A DNA stretch of 63,190 nucleotides, the filler included, from Dugesia japonica (taxonomy: Eukaryota), in the NCBI GenBank assembly GCA_001938525.1. It is 6 parts of 6 records of this genome, joined end to end, with 100 filler letters (N's around TTAATTAATTAA, not from the genome) between each part and the next. Parts side by side here need not be neighbours in the genome. Positions count along the whole stretch, not along the records: positions 31,702 to 45,618 come from MQRL01611290.1; positions 45,719 to 54,533 come from MQRL01611587.1; 4 more parts are not named here. One strand, written 5' to 3'. Position 1 is the stretch's first letter. Every line of letters begins with the position of its first letter. Below, in pieces: positions 38,197 to 51,700 of the stretch. The position numbers and the translations under genes were made by a program. The notes beneath the pieces were generated by a model. That model did not search any database. It had not been told where the DNA came from and saw only the letters and a list, made by a program, of their open reading frames with translations.

Positions 38197-38753
38197 TTAT
38201 TTGAAATTTAAATATCTAAATTTAAATTGATATTTTTTGTACTTGAATTGTGAAAATTTTGCATCCATGTTGCGAATTTTCAAAATTTTATCCACCAAAA
38301 TAAACAAATCTAAAGTAATGTTATTCACATATCCTTGAAAATACAGATTTTTAAGTCCAAGTATGACCAGTTTTCTCGTTTAGAACACATTTTCACATAA
38401 AGAGTCATATTTTACAACTCTTAGAGCAGTAAAAAACTCTGGTTCGAACCAACAGTTGACTATTCTTGCTAATTTATACAAATTTATTGAAACTTCCATA
38501 TTTATGACAANNNNNNNNNNNNNNNNNNNNNNNNNNNNNNNNNNNNNNNNNNNNNNNNNNNNNNNNNNNNNNNNNNNNNNNNNNNNNNNNNNNNNNNNNN
38601 NNNNNNNNNNNNNNNNNNNNNNNNNNNNNNNNNNNNNNNNNNNNNNNNNNNNNNNNNNNNNNNNNNNNNNNNNNNNNNNNNNNNTACTTCTTGTGACACT
38701 TTACCTCGGTAATTAATATTGGTTATCATAATTAATGAATTAAAGAGGAACAT
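38197..38753 (-). pseudogene. Second copy of the Polinton TBP-like gene (repeat 1 mostly in an N gap)
   Basis: MFLFNSLIMITNINYRGKV...[gap]...VINMEVSINLYKLARIVNCWFEPEFFTALRVVKYDSLCENVF*TRKLVILGLKN. Homologous to 13278-13829 and to TBP repeat 2. Confidence 0.8.
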
Positions 38754-38813
38754 TGGGTTTTCATGTGAGTTAACTATGTATTAAATTATGAAAAAAAATT
38801 AAATAAAAACAAG

Positions 38814-39446
38814 ATGGAGAGATTAAGAAATGATGCAGTCTATCAAATTGTTGGACCTAGTGATAGTGGAAAAACTTGGTTTGTATGCCAATTATTGAAA
38901 TCAAAGTTATTCAAGACAAAATTTAAAAACATATACTGGCATAGGAGTGCAGATGAGGAGCATGGATTGACTAAATCTGAACTTTGTAGTATTAAAATAA
39001 AAATTATAAATTGTTTTGATTCCAATTTTAATTCTAAAAGATTAAGACCAGGTGATATTATTGTTGTTGATGATCTGTATCAGGAAGCAAACAAAGAAAA
39101 AGATTTCAATAATTTATTCACAAAGATATCAAGACATCGTAATGTGACTATGATATTTATTACTCAAAATTTATTTCATCAAGGAGGTAGTCATAGAACC
39201 CGTAATTTAAACGTACGATATTTGGTTTTATTCAAAAATCTTATAGATCAAACTGTAGTTGATTTTCTAGCAAGACAAGCATATCCAAATAACAGACAAT
39301 TTCTTATTGAATCATTTCAAGATGCCTCAGAAAAACAACATGGATATCTATTTCTTGACTTTACACAACAATGTCCAGATGATTATAGGGTGAGAACAGA
39401 TATATTCAATTCAATTGGTATCACAATATATAAACAAAATATGTAA
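38814..39446 (+). CDS. Polinton DNA packaging ATPase (A32-like), open 210-aa frame
   Basis: Walker A GPSDSGKT, Walker B IIVVDD, SRHRNVTMIFITQN, HGYLFLD, RVRTDIF. Confidence 0.95.
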   Translation: MERLRNDAVYQIVGPSDSGKTWFVCQLLKSKLFKTKFKNIYWHRSADEEHGLTKSELCSIKIKIINCFDSNFNSKRLRPGDIIVVDDLYQEANKEKDFNNLFTKISRHRNVTMIFITQNLFHQGGSHRTRNLNVRYLVLFKNLIDQTVVDFLARQAYPNNRQFLIESFQDASEKQHGYLFLDFTQQCPDDYRVRTDIFNSIGITIYKQNM

Positions 39447-39725
39447 TTTTTCATAATATTTCAAAGAATGACAAAATTAAAGATATTTATAGTTGATCAA
39501 TTAACTGGTGGTGTTGTTAAACTTCAAAAAATATCTTTTGAGAAGAAAGAGTATGGAAAAAGAAGAAACCATCGCATTAGAAACAACATGCAAATAAAAA
39601 GCAACAAGTAAATAAAAGGAATATGTTTAAAAAACTTGCAAAGAGAAGTGGAAAAAAGCTGCGAATAATGAACAGAAAAGCGATTATAAAAAAATAAATG
39701 GTATGCATTATTTTAATAAATAAAG

Positions 39726-40046
39726 ATGAAATTACAAAGAAGCATTCTGTTTTTTTGCATCTTTGATTAAATCATCAAAACCTATTAGAATGAGAATTTT
39801 ACAATCATTCCCGCCATATGTTATAGATGATTTACTTGAAATTATTATAAATATTGTTCATGGTAATGTAGATTTGAGAGCAGCCAAAATGAAAACCTTG
39901 AAAACACATAAAAAACTTTATTAACTCTTGTAAACACAAAAAATATAAAATCAATGAGACAAGTAATCACCAATCAAGGTGTTGGTTTTATAGCAGCATT
40001 TTTACCAATTGCATTAGCTGCATTAGATTTAATTCATTTCAAATAA
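39726..40046 (+). pseudogene. Basic Polinton core-like protein ending in an amphipathic peptide
   Basis: EIIINIVHGNVDL...KTLKTHKK...NQGVGFIAAFLPIALAAL, the usual NxxxGNx...QxGGF-hydrophobic pattern of this Polinton family. Confidence 0.65.
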
Positions 40047-40544
40047 ACAATGGTTGATTTGAATATTAATAATTACAATAGAATTATCTCAAATGAACAA
40101 TAGATGGATTGCAATCATTACCTAACTTGGACCTGAAATTTGCATCAAATTGTTGTTTGAGACAAAAATAAAGACAATATAGACAGATACAGAAATTGAT
40201 GAAAGCAGATCAAAAAACGAAAAGAAAGACGAAAAAGTGGTTATTTGTTAAGCTAGTGTACAGTCTGAACAAGTCAATGTTGAAAAGATTTCCAACAAGA
40301 GCATATAAAGAATATGGTATTGATAATTTATGGTAAATGTATCTAATTGAAATGATTAATTAATTTTAAAAGAATATTTTTGTCTTTTGTCGTTGTATTC
40401 ATTAGATTTACAAGAGCTGTTTCATTTTAATAAAAGGGCCCTGAAAGAATAAACAATATTATGTAAAATGAAATGAATACGAAAACCAATTTGAATAGCA
40501 GCAACACAAATAAAATAACAAGACAAAAATTCATATGAAATCAA

Positions 40545-40630
40545 ATATTTTATACATTTTTACGAAGTAATAGTAGTCCATTAGTTCATCCAAATAATAC
40601 TGCTAGTAATTACATTGTTGAGCTTCAATT
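40545..40630 (+). pseudogene. Penton N-terminal fragment
   Basis: FYTFLRSNSSPLVHPNNTASNYIVEL aligns with 15968-16045. Confidence 0.65.
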
Positions 40631-40631
40631 A

Positions 40632-40662
<31 letters not shown>

Positions 40663-43229
40663 GCTTATAAATAATTGTAAATTCATAGACACAATAAATA
40701 GTCTTTTATGAAAATAATCTTATAAACTAATTTTTATTTATATTAAAAATTATTTTTATTAAAGAATAATGCATTTTAATAATTGCAAATTTAAAGAGAT
40801 CCAAAAATTTTATTACTTTTCTTTAAAATATAAATAAATAATAATAGATAAATAATAAAGAATAAACAATATTTTAAAAAATAATATTCCTAGAAATTAA
40901 TTCCGTTACCCGTCGGATTTTGACGTTTTCTGTTTTTGTCAGATTGAACAGTTTTAAATTATTTGTTTTCCATCTTTCCAACGTTGTCAATTTATTATTT
41001 ATTCTGACCACCTACATTTTTTTGTTTCATTTAAAGTCTTGAATTTTTGTTGCTCCCGCTCATTCTTTATAATATTAAACTTTTCTTTCAACTTTCCGCC
41101 TTATTCTTTTTAATTAAATTATTTTATATTTTATACTCTGTTTTTAGGTATTGCTTACTATTCAGAAGCCTCAGAATAAAATACTCATATGAATACAAAC
41201 ATTTTTATTTACAATGAACATATATATATAAATATATTCAACATTTTTATTAATTTAATAATATTTAATTTAATTTAATACTATCTATTTACAATTTTTA
41301 ATTTATTTTAAAATTTTCACAAAATCTTGATTCTACTCAACCCTAACAGAAGAACACAAAACGAAATTTCATCCAGCAACAATGATTAGGTGAATCAATG
41401 TGTTGGTTTTAGAAGAATAATGAAAAGACGGCTGAGTAATGCTCAGCAGAGACAGTCCTTTATTTAATAAACGAGATTCTTAATTATATTTTCAAAATCA
41501 TGCAATTTATTTTCATTTCATGAGTTTGAAGATTACTCCAATGTAAATTTTTTATCTTACTTTATAAACTTTATAACTTTGAATAAAAAATTTAAAACCT
41601 TATATATAAAATCTACAACTTTCAATAAAATATAAAATATTTGTTTTAAATAAAATTATTAGCGAATTGTACTGACAAAAATGAACGATAGTAAAGACAA
41701 TTTATTATACACTAGAAATTAAAAATAAATTATCAGATAATTAAAAAAGTATACCAGCATTGTAAAATATAATAAACTGATACATTTTCAGATGTTACTC
41801 AAAGCTTAGTCACATGTTTCACAGACGAAAAGAAATATGATTAGAATAGAAAACTCTTGAGCATTCCTGTTGAGTTNNNNNNNNNNNNNNNNNNNNNNNN
41901 NNNNNNNTACTAATCGCATGTAATGAAATAATATGAGACTAAACAATTCTTAAAATTAGATTTTTGATGAAACGTGTTTTTCAAGGAAAAATATTTTGTG
42001 CTAATCAATGAATTAATAAAAAATCTTTTAAATTTAAATGTATTTATTAACTTGGTAAATCCATTTTACAAATGAAAATTATTAATGAAAACTTGTGATA
42101 ATAATGTCAAATTTAATTCATATATCAGTCTAATTTCGGAAAGTTATTTAATGAATATTCGTAAAGTCAGATAAAGAGCTTTTACATTGCCAAATTAATT
42201 TTTAAAGAAAATTACATTTAATTTGAATTTGAGATTATTAGTTAATTTTGTAATTACAGATAATTTTAAATAAATTTAGTATTTTTGCTTAGCTAATATT
42301 AAAATATAGCACAGTCAAGTCACACTTTTAGATAGTTATCATATATTTATTTAAATATAAATTTTTAATAAATAAACTTAATTTTTTGAAAAATCAAGTT
42401 AGGAACTGTTCATTAATTATGGCCCTTAAGACGACCGTTTTTCATTTACATTTGACAAATATATTTAAAATAAATTTATCAAATAAATATTAAAGTGAAT
42501 TAAAATAATAAAATAAAACAAATCTGGATAAAGGTCTGAANNNNNNNNNNNNNNNNNNNNNNNNNNNNNNNNNNNNNNNNNNNNNNNNNNNNNNNNNNNN
42601 NNNNNNNNNNNNNNNNNNNNNNNNNNNNNNNNNNNNNNNNNNTTAATTTATTCAAGTTAAATTAAAAACCAAATTGTTATCGTCATCTTCAGACAAAAAT
42701 GAAAAACATGAGATTATTCAGTCTGTATTATTCACAAAAAAAGATTCAAGAAATTATACTGAATATTAGATGGCTATAATAAAAATTCAAAAGTCTTTTA
42801 AAATTACTTACCCGAGTGTTGTGATTGCAAATAAATTCCTGTATATCATTTTAAAAAGTCCTAAAGAATGTTTAATAAAAAGAAATGACAGAAAAATTTT
42901 TTTTAAGAAAATAATTATTTTTCAGTCTGAGATCTGATACATAAAAATATTTGTGAGATATGACTAAGAATAATTAAATACTTTTATATTGACCTTTATA
43001 AGAGTAAATTGACAGATGTATGTGTTAATAGGTGAATGCGTGATTAACTGTTTGAATGTGCCTATGATTTTAGTGCTCAGACATTATTATATAACCGATT
43101 CCTCAAAAGCTATATATATTTGTTACAGTGTAATTTGGTACTTTAAATATATATTTTATGCTTAACTCTATTTCCAAGTCAAACAATATGATTAAGAAAT
43201 TTCTAACCGAGATAAATTATTTATAAACT

Positions 43230-43650
43230 ACTATCTCAAAAAATCAGGTTGTCAGACATGAAATTGATGGAATGCAAAATGAAATTACATTGTGCAAATG
43301 AGAACATATTAGTAACAATAGGAAAAATAAGATTGAACCTTCAGGTTGATAATAGAACGGAACCAATTGTTTTCATTTTAGGAAAACAAATGGTTCCAGA
43401 AATAATAGGCGGAGTGAAATCTTTAAATACTTTCGGGTTTCATTAAGAGCAAATTGAAAAAAAAACGGGAGTATGAAAAGTTGCGCAGTTTTCAGGGAAG
43501 ATGGACCATAAGACAATGTTAAAAACGAAGAAACCGGTGTTAAGTCAATTTCAAACATGGATTAATTTCATTAATAGTCTAGAAATAAACTCAGAGTATA
43601 TGAAGGGTATATTAAACGAAAACGCAGATACTTTGAGCAGACTGATGAGT
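43230..43650 (+). mobile_element. Gypsy pol fragments (protease region and RNase H end)
   Basis: LHCANENILVTIGKIRL...IIGG; EYMKGILNENADTLSRL. Confidence 0.6.
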
Positions 43651-43739
43651 TTAAGCATATAAATTTATAATTCAATTTTATTTTTCAAAATTTGACAATA
43701 AAGGACAAAAGAACAAAACTGAATTTGATAGAAGATATT

Positions 43740-44330
43740 TTGAAATAAATTTACACGATGGCGTTTATTAGAAGACTTACAAAACAGTTCGAATTTTTGG
43801 ATCATGTAAAACAGTGGTTTCAAAAGTTCAAGATCGTTTAAAAGTGTTTCGTAACAATTTTGAACTAAATGTAATTGGATCTACACAAGATTATGGTAAC
43901 AATTAATTACAAATTTATGAAGATTGACCAAATTTATAATTATTGATCAATACTGCATCTCGGTGTTTGGGAAAACTTATAAAAATAATAGTGATTTTCA
44001 TTTATCTGCAGAGGATTCCAATAATTCAGATGAAAGTAATGTTTTTGTCGATGCTTTTGATATGAACGTCGTACAATAAGAATGTCGTCATGATGTAGAT
44101 TTTAATGAAACATTAAAATAAAACGCAAGGCATGTTGTAAAATTCATTAGAAATTCTACAGTCAGAAATCAATTATCCTAATGTAAAGTAATTGCGGAAT
44201 TTGGTAATGAAATCGAACTTCATTTAGTTGTGAAACACTGCCAAAATTCCATTGCGGTCATGATTACGCCGTTAATAAAAACAAAACGGTGTTTACTTGA
44301 AACTTTTCTGATCTCAATTCAATGATTCAA
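43740..44330 (+). mobile_element. hAT (Ac-like) transposase remnant
   Basis: RHVVKFIRNSTVRNQ...ELHLVVKHCQNSIAVMI resembles the degenerate L..DV.TRWNS...M motif. Confidence 0.5.
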
Positions 44331-45718
44331 AACCCGAGGAGAATAGTTTAGCACAATAATACTGTTAGGATGTTGGAATTATGCACGAACGATTGCTACA
44401 AATAAAAATGTTTTGTTAAATTCATTCTTGAAATGGGAAATTTTTAAATCAAATGAATTTATTATAGTAAATATTTGTTTCTTAATGTAAGAGGTTTTAT
44501 TTAAATGGGTTGTTTTCAAACCATTTGTTTATATTTTGGGAGTGGAGAACCTTTTGAATTCGAGTGATTTTATTTTGATATTTTGTAAGTTTCTATTGAT
44601 TGTTTTTAATTTTTCTGTAACCATTTTTATTTTAAGATTGTATAATTAATTTTGTGAGCGTATATACCTATCTGTTATTCATATTTTCTTTAATCATGAT
44701 TTTCTGAAATTGCAAAGATTAAATAAGACTTTTCACAATATAATTATTCCACAATAGCAATTTTCACGTTAAATTTCCAATCCGTTTTAAAATTCCACAT
44801 TTTCTTCCGCTTTATTTCTTAAATATATTTAAACACCGTTATAAAAATATCCCTTACTTTTAAATTCATTTTTACCAAGTGATATAAATAGATACGATGC
44901 ATTGTGCTTGTATGTTTTATACATATTGAACTTTACAGACTTAGATTTCAAAACCATATTAGAAAAGANTTTTTATGATTTAATATACAGTTAAACTTCT
45001 ATAATTTGTAAATTCTATAAATTACTAAAGGTTTTAAAAATATCAGTAAAATTGTTAATTTTTCAATATTATTTGCGTATTTTATAAAAATATCTCTAAA
45101 ATTTGCTAAAAATATTCGGAAAATCAATAAAGTAAGTTGTAGAAGTTTAACTATATTTCTGAAAACTATTAAAATATAAATATAAATAAATATTTATAAG
45201 TATAAATATAGAAAAAATAACATTTATTCAGATAAATCTTTTCCGGTTTTGCTTTACAATGTAGTAGTTGTAAATTAAAAATTGTAATAAAACATTGAAC
45301 GTAAAGAAATTAAACTATTTGAAATAAAAGTAACAGATATAAAAAATATTTTCGATAAAATTTGATAAGTTAAACTGGTAAAACAATTGAAAAATTAGAA
45401 GTAAAACAATGACTTACTAAAAAAATATATTGATGATGAAAAACTTCAAATGTAATAAATAATTTGTCAATTCTAAATAAAAATATTAAAAAAATACTGA
45501 ATTAGTGAAATTAAAGGTAAAATTAATAATAAAATTATTTATAACAATGAAATAATAAAATAAGTTGAAGATTAATTAGATAATAAAATTAATAAAAAAA
45601 ACTCCAAATAATTAATGANNNNNNNNNNNNNNNNNNNNNNNNNNNNNNNNNNNNNNNNNNNNTTAATTAATTAANNNNNNNNNNNNNNNNNNNNNNNNNN
45701 NNNNNNNNNNNNNNNNNN

Positions 45719-46825
45719 GGTGCTAGTCTGTACTCGAGCTACGAGTCAACGGCTTCATCCCGAAGATCTGGATTTTTTTGGGAACACTAGATTCAAATTC
45801 ATCGCAAGGTTTTACCGGGTCAATTACCCTAGAATAAATTTCATATAAAGTTCCACCCCCTTAGATGCAATCATATAATAAATCAACCCACCAAGGGTAA
45901 AATCCCAACATTTGTTTGAATATTGACATATTCAAATAGTTTTCCATTGGTGAGAAATGCTTAGAAAATTGTTTATAAATAAATGGATTTCTACGACAAG
46001 TTTTCTTTGCTAAAATGGCAAACCAGGGTAAAACTTGATAACAAAGTTTCTACGGTAGATAGCATTCAAGTTAGACGACAATCTGGACTTAAATTCTTTA
46101 ATTCTTAAAGAACATTGGTGGATGGCCAAAATTCCTAAATATTTACAAGAGATAGAAATCGATAAGACGATTGACCTAAAGCTAGAAGAAAGATACAAAG
46201 CATTAGAGAACAAGCGTGTGAAACTAGGCTACGTCTATCGGTCAAAAAATCGAGATACGTTTTTGAAGACCTGTAAAACTTAATACAATAATTGATTTTT
46301 GGATTATAGGTATCGAGCCGCATTTTAGAAGGATTTTTACCGAAGATAAATGTCAAAAATCTTTGATAAATAATTTTCACAATCAAGAACTTGATAAAGA
46401 AATATTCGAATATCTTTATGGCCGATAAATTGAACATAGGATACACAAAAACTAACCAAACACAAGATAGTAACAAAAGGAGGACATATAAATGTTAAGC
46501 TTTGAATGAAACTCATAAACCTAAAGGACCAGACAAACGAAAAGATACGTAAGCCTTTTTGAAAATGGAAGATTCCGCTGACACGTATCTGAAAAAAACA
46601 AAAAACTTTCGAATCAGTATGATTTTTGCAAAGCTGAACGCATGGTGTAAGACAAGTATTCCGATGACAAATGTAGATATTACTCTGTAAAGATTTGGCA
46701 AGTTGAAATTCTTCAACTCATTAAATTTAGATAAAACTTACAATCAAGTAGAGATAGAAGAGGAATCGAAATCTTATCAACAAAATTAGGCCAATATTGC
46801 TTTAATAAAATGCCGTTTGGTCATA
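45719..46825 (+). mobile_element. Gypsy gag/pol remnant with reverse transcriptase N-terminus
   Basis: FAKLNAWCK...PMTNVDITL*RFGKLKFFNSLNLDKTYNQV...GQYCFNKMPFG. Confidence 0.75.
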
Positions 46826-48410
46826 AATTAAGACAAAAGTGAATATGGAAGCACTGTTTTGGTAGAGAAGTCAACTGAGTGAAGAAAATAGCGGGCTATG
46901 TACCATGAGAAAATTCGCCATCACGAAAACAGGTTTCATCAAAGAGAAAACAAAAAAATCGCAGATTTAATTTTTACTTGAAATGTTATTGAAATAATAA
47001 AAATAGAAATATTTTTTCTAGTTAACTCAATGTATTTATTTAATACATTTCTTAATTTTTAATGTGGTTGTATTTGTATTTATTATAGTTTTAGGCGATG
47101 GGCAACATTTTAAGAATTAATTCAATTTTATCGTATATATTATTTTTATAATAAGTTTTGAAATGGATTTCGATAATAATACCATAGAAATTATTTCTGT
47201 CCCCATTAGAACCATTCGTAATAATAAAAAAAGATACATAACCGTATATATACATAACTAGACTGTATAAGAATTGAATTTCTATTAATGCATGCAGTCC
47301 AACTTGTAATCTCTTTTCCAACATGTAATGTTACAATCTCTGATATTGGAGGTATGAATGGATCAAGATTTTACTCTCTTTAAATATTTATATTATAAAT
47401 ATGATTGTAAAAGGTTTCTATAAAGTTTATTAGGACATTATGAGATTGTTTCTAATTAACTGTTACGGAAATTCCATAAAGAATACCTTAAATTTCTTTT
47501 CATCATTAATTAATTTTACTTTTATAACATTTCTGAAACAAAATTTTAATAAATAACAAATAATNNNNNNNNNNNNNNNNNNNNAAAACAAATGTACAGT
47601 TTATTTAAAGCAAAGAAAAATTCATTTCTTAAGAAGAATATATCCACATTTGTTGCATTTACAAGCAAAATGTAATTATAACGCTTTTTGTCTCTTTGCT
47701 AAGTTTGAAGTGAAATTTTGATGAAAATTATGACTTGGGTAGGATAATTAAAAGAAATATGCAAAAGGTCAGATTTTCTAAAGACATCTGAGAGTGATAT
47801 TTGAAGTCAAATTTGTGCCTAATTAAAATCTTTATAAAAATCTTGATATATTAAAAAATTATAAAAATTGCTCTGAGCAATCGATAAGTTTAAAAAGATT
47901 TCTTGTGACTTGTATATCCTTTAGTGATATTGATATCTTATTACAGAAAAGATGGAAATGTCAACTCTTGAAATTGATGGTTGACACTTCTAATTTTCGA
48001 ATGAGTTGATTTAATTTTTAAAAATCTATTTGNACCAAGTTATGAAAGATTTATCTTATTGAATAATGTAGAACTAACCAAAAATAAGAGCCGAAATCTA
48101 ACTCAGCTAGTGATACGATTGATTGACAAAGAATTGGAAGTGTGCCAACTGAATAGTGAAAATGAACAGTAGCCCCCAGCATTTAAAAAAAATTTCTAAA
48201 ACACCAAAATAAAACATAAAATAAGTAACACGAGTGCCTTTTGACCAAGATCTCGTAATGAATGGTGCCTCCAAAATATATATTTTAAGTTGTCAAAAAT
48301 TACAATTTTGTTAGTACATAAAGGCCTCGCATTATATTTTAGACAGCCTTTGGCTGTAAATACTAAAATAAATTTTAATTTTGTGCAAATTGATAATTGT
48401 TTTCGGTTAA

Positions 48411-48585
48411 CCCTTTTCGATTAACGACTTAAGTCCATGGCTTGTAAAAAAAAACGCTACTTTACGACGGGGTAGTCGACTTTTGTCGCCTCGCATTTAT
48501 AATTTGGACAGTCATTTCTGAATTGCTGGAGAGTCAAAGCGACATCGGACTCCAATTTGAATTTTCGTTCAACGCGTTCAAAGGG
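48411..48585. mobile_element. piggyBac-type MITE
   Basis: TTAA|CCCTTT...AAAGGG|TTAA, with TTAA at 48407-48410 and 48586-48589. Confidence 0.6.
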
Positions 48586-48729
48586 TTAAAATAACGTATT
48601 ACAAAGTGTTTTTATAATCCAAACTTTATGAATCAAATAAAAATCACCAAATCTCAAAAAAGTGTAAGACTGATTAAAAAAAATACAAGATACATATAGT
48701 AACAGATTTCCTCCAATTATCTCCTAAAA

Positions 48730-51700
48730 TTAAGAGACATCGTTCGACACCATTTGTCCACTCTCTGCCACAATATCTCCACTTACACCAACAGTTTTCT
48801 CCACAATTTCCCCACTTACTGCCACAATTTTCTCCACAATCTCCCCACTTTCTGCCGCAATCTTCTCCAATTCTCTCATTAAATTAAGACACAACTCTTC
48901 TTTCCATGGAAGACTTACACATTGCACACTAACAGGGAGTTTTTCAGTATCTTTTTGCAACTAAAATGATTTATTAAGAAAACCTAATTTAACAATATTC
49001 TTATTAACCATTGAAATGTTTTTCTGTGTAGGTGTCGATTTATAAATAGGATCAGATTGCAAGTTTTTAATATCATTAGGTTTAACTTTAGTAACTGGAA
49101 CAGTACCTGCAGGAAAGTTCACAAGATTCCAAATGAATATGTAGCTCAACAACGGGCTGTATAAACAATTGGCTTTCAGTGGAAGCGCAGTAAAACCCCC
49201 AGCTGGACAGATGACAACGTCTAAACCGCATTTTGACCATTCATTAATTACACTAATTCTAAACGATTCTATTTCCATTAATAATGCCATACAATCCGAA
49301 CTATTCAGCGTTTCAATACTGCATTGATGGAACAATTTCATATCTGGATCAACTACCTGAAATATATATATATATACCTTTAAATTAATTAATTGGTTTT
49401 TGCAGAAATAAATTTAAAAGGTTTCAAAATATATTTAAAATAATAATGTTGTACAATGTACAAAATACAAGAAAATCAAATATTCCAATATTGTTGTTCT
49501 TTTTTTTCGCTGTTTTATTAAAACTTGAGTATCATCAATATCATTGGATAATGTTTTTCCCCGAGTAGACACAATATAAACAAAGGATGTCTTGCAGGCC
49601 AGAAAATCCTCACCAAGACACTGAGTACTTGGATATTGGCCAGCTAATAGCTGTAAAGGGAGCATGAAAAGGAAAAAATAAGAAGATAGAGTGTATGAAC
49701 TATCAAAGTACTCTTCATTTAGGGGACACTCTAAAAATAGCTATTCACAATAGTGTTCAAACCATCCAACTCACTCTACGTGTTGNTTCACTTATTACCA
49801 GGTTCTGTACCTTTACTCACAATATAATTATGTAAGCTACCGTGATTGGCTTCAATGCCAGATACTGAATAACAATGGAGCGCTTCACAGCAAACTGATA
49901 TGAACAGTTCTTACACTTTTGATCATAACTACTTTTTTTCCCTGAGGGAAAGTTGGATTGTTATAAATTCTCTTGCACGCCAAAGCCGCATAAGGAAAAA
50001 ATAGTGACCACTCCCAGCTCCTTCACTAATCTCAATCATGTTCGAACTGTTCATAAAAATAGTTGTTCGAGGTGAAATAGTTGTTCAAGATAGAATAGTT
50101 GTTCGAGATGAAATTAAGAAGAACAGTTCTAACACTTTAGATCATGTATTCATTTTTTCAAAGTGTGTCATATAGTAAATATTACAAATATTTGGAAATT
50201 TTTTAAATATATTTTGAAAATTTTTAAATATATTTCTGCAAAAACCTGTAAATAACAAATAAATCAAATATTAAATTGCCGTTTAAAAGTCCAAGGATCG
50301 AGAAATTCCGAAAATTATTAAATAAAAACCAAATCTTTAAATGAGAAACAAAACAAACAATTAATAGTGTCCATAAAAATCGAATTTATATTATATTGAA
50401 TCAATAGCATGAAGAAGCTCCAAATATTAATCTATAAATAATTAATAAACAAAGAAACAAAAAAATCAAATTAGAAAAATCGAAAATCAACACCCACGAA
50501 ACGATACCTTGGAAATTTAGTAATACATCTGATTCTGTTTTAATGTGATAGATTTGTTCCGCCACAACTCGGTAAAAAAAACTGCGTTTAAATTTAAATC
50601 CATAAAAAATATTAATTACCGTTTATTCTATTCAGTAAAATTTACATGTGAACTTTTTTAAATAATTTCTNNNNNNNNNNNNNNNNNNNNNNNNNNNNNN
50701 NNNNNNTGTATTATAACCAAAACTTAAGTGAAACAAAAAAGCGAAAGGAGTGCCGTAGATTTTTCGTATCACACGATTTAGTGTTCATTTCTAGAAATAT
50801 GTTAAAACAAGCACCTAGATATTTTGTCTCATTAAAATTGTTTTAAATAAAAGAAATTTAAAACACGTAAAAACAGAGTGCAATAATTTTTTGGAATCGC
50901 GTAAAAATAGAATTAAGTGTATAAATAATACTGGATATAATAAGTAATATCAGTGCTTAACTCATCAGCTATGTTTTCACTCATTTGTATAATTTCTTAA
51001 CAGCAATTTCATTTTAATATTCTAATGCAGTGATCGGTAAACTTTATTGTTTGACGGCACATTACATTAAAATTCAACAATTTGATATCATTTTAATGTA
51101 TTTAACAAATTTGAATTTATACATTTTTATATAATTAATAGTTTTGGAAGTAAATAACTTTTAATATACAATCAATTCATATTTTAATGAGAAGGATGTT
51201 CTTGTTTTTGTGGACATGTTAAATCTATTCTTGGTCCAACGCTCGATAAACACACATAAAATAAAATAAACATCAATTCGACGAGGCACACCATTAGAAT
51301 CTAATGTAGAAAGTGACATACGTTGCATAAAGATGGTTATGATAATGTTAATGATTCTTTATTCTTAATACTATTTAATTTAATTTAATAATTGAAAGCT
51401 CATTTAATTCTTCCAATTTTCTATTATTTCTTTAGCATACTACTTCTCTGTGTCCCTACATATCTGAAATTACATCAGTCTCCCTCAAATTCACTATCAA
51501 ATTTTACCAAAATATATATTCAACTTTTCTTAGTTTCCAATCAATTTTAAAAATCTTCATCGTACAATTAAACAATGATCATCCAAATATCCATGTTAAA
51601 TTTACAAGGCTAAATTTTTTATGAAATTTACATATTTTGAAGACTTCTATTTATGGAGACAGAAAATCTAAAATTAGATTATGTATCGAGATGCATTTGA

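Larger units (their letters stand above)
35141..40634. mobile_element. Left part of a Polinton: terminal repeat, spliced subterminal genes, TBP-like(-), ATPase, core protein, penton start
   Basis: Begins 5'-AGTAAGTAGATAAGAG at 35141. Same gene order as 12319-18400. Breaks off at a (TA)n tract. Confidence 0.85.
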
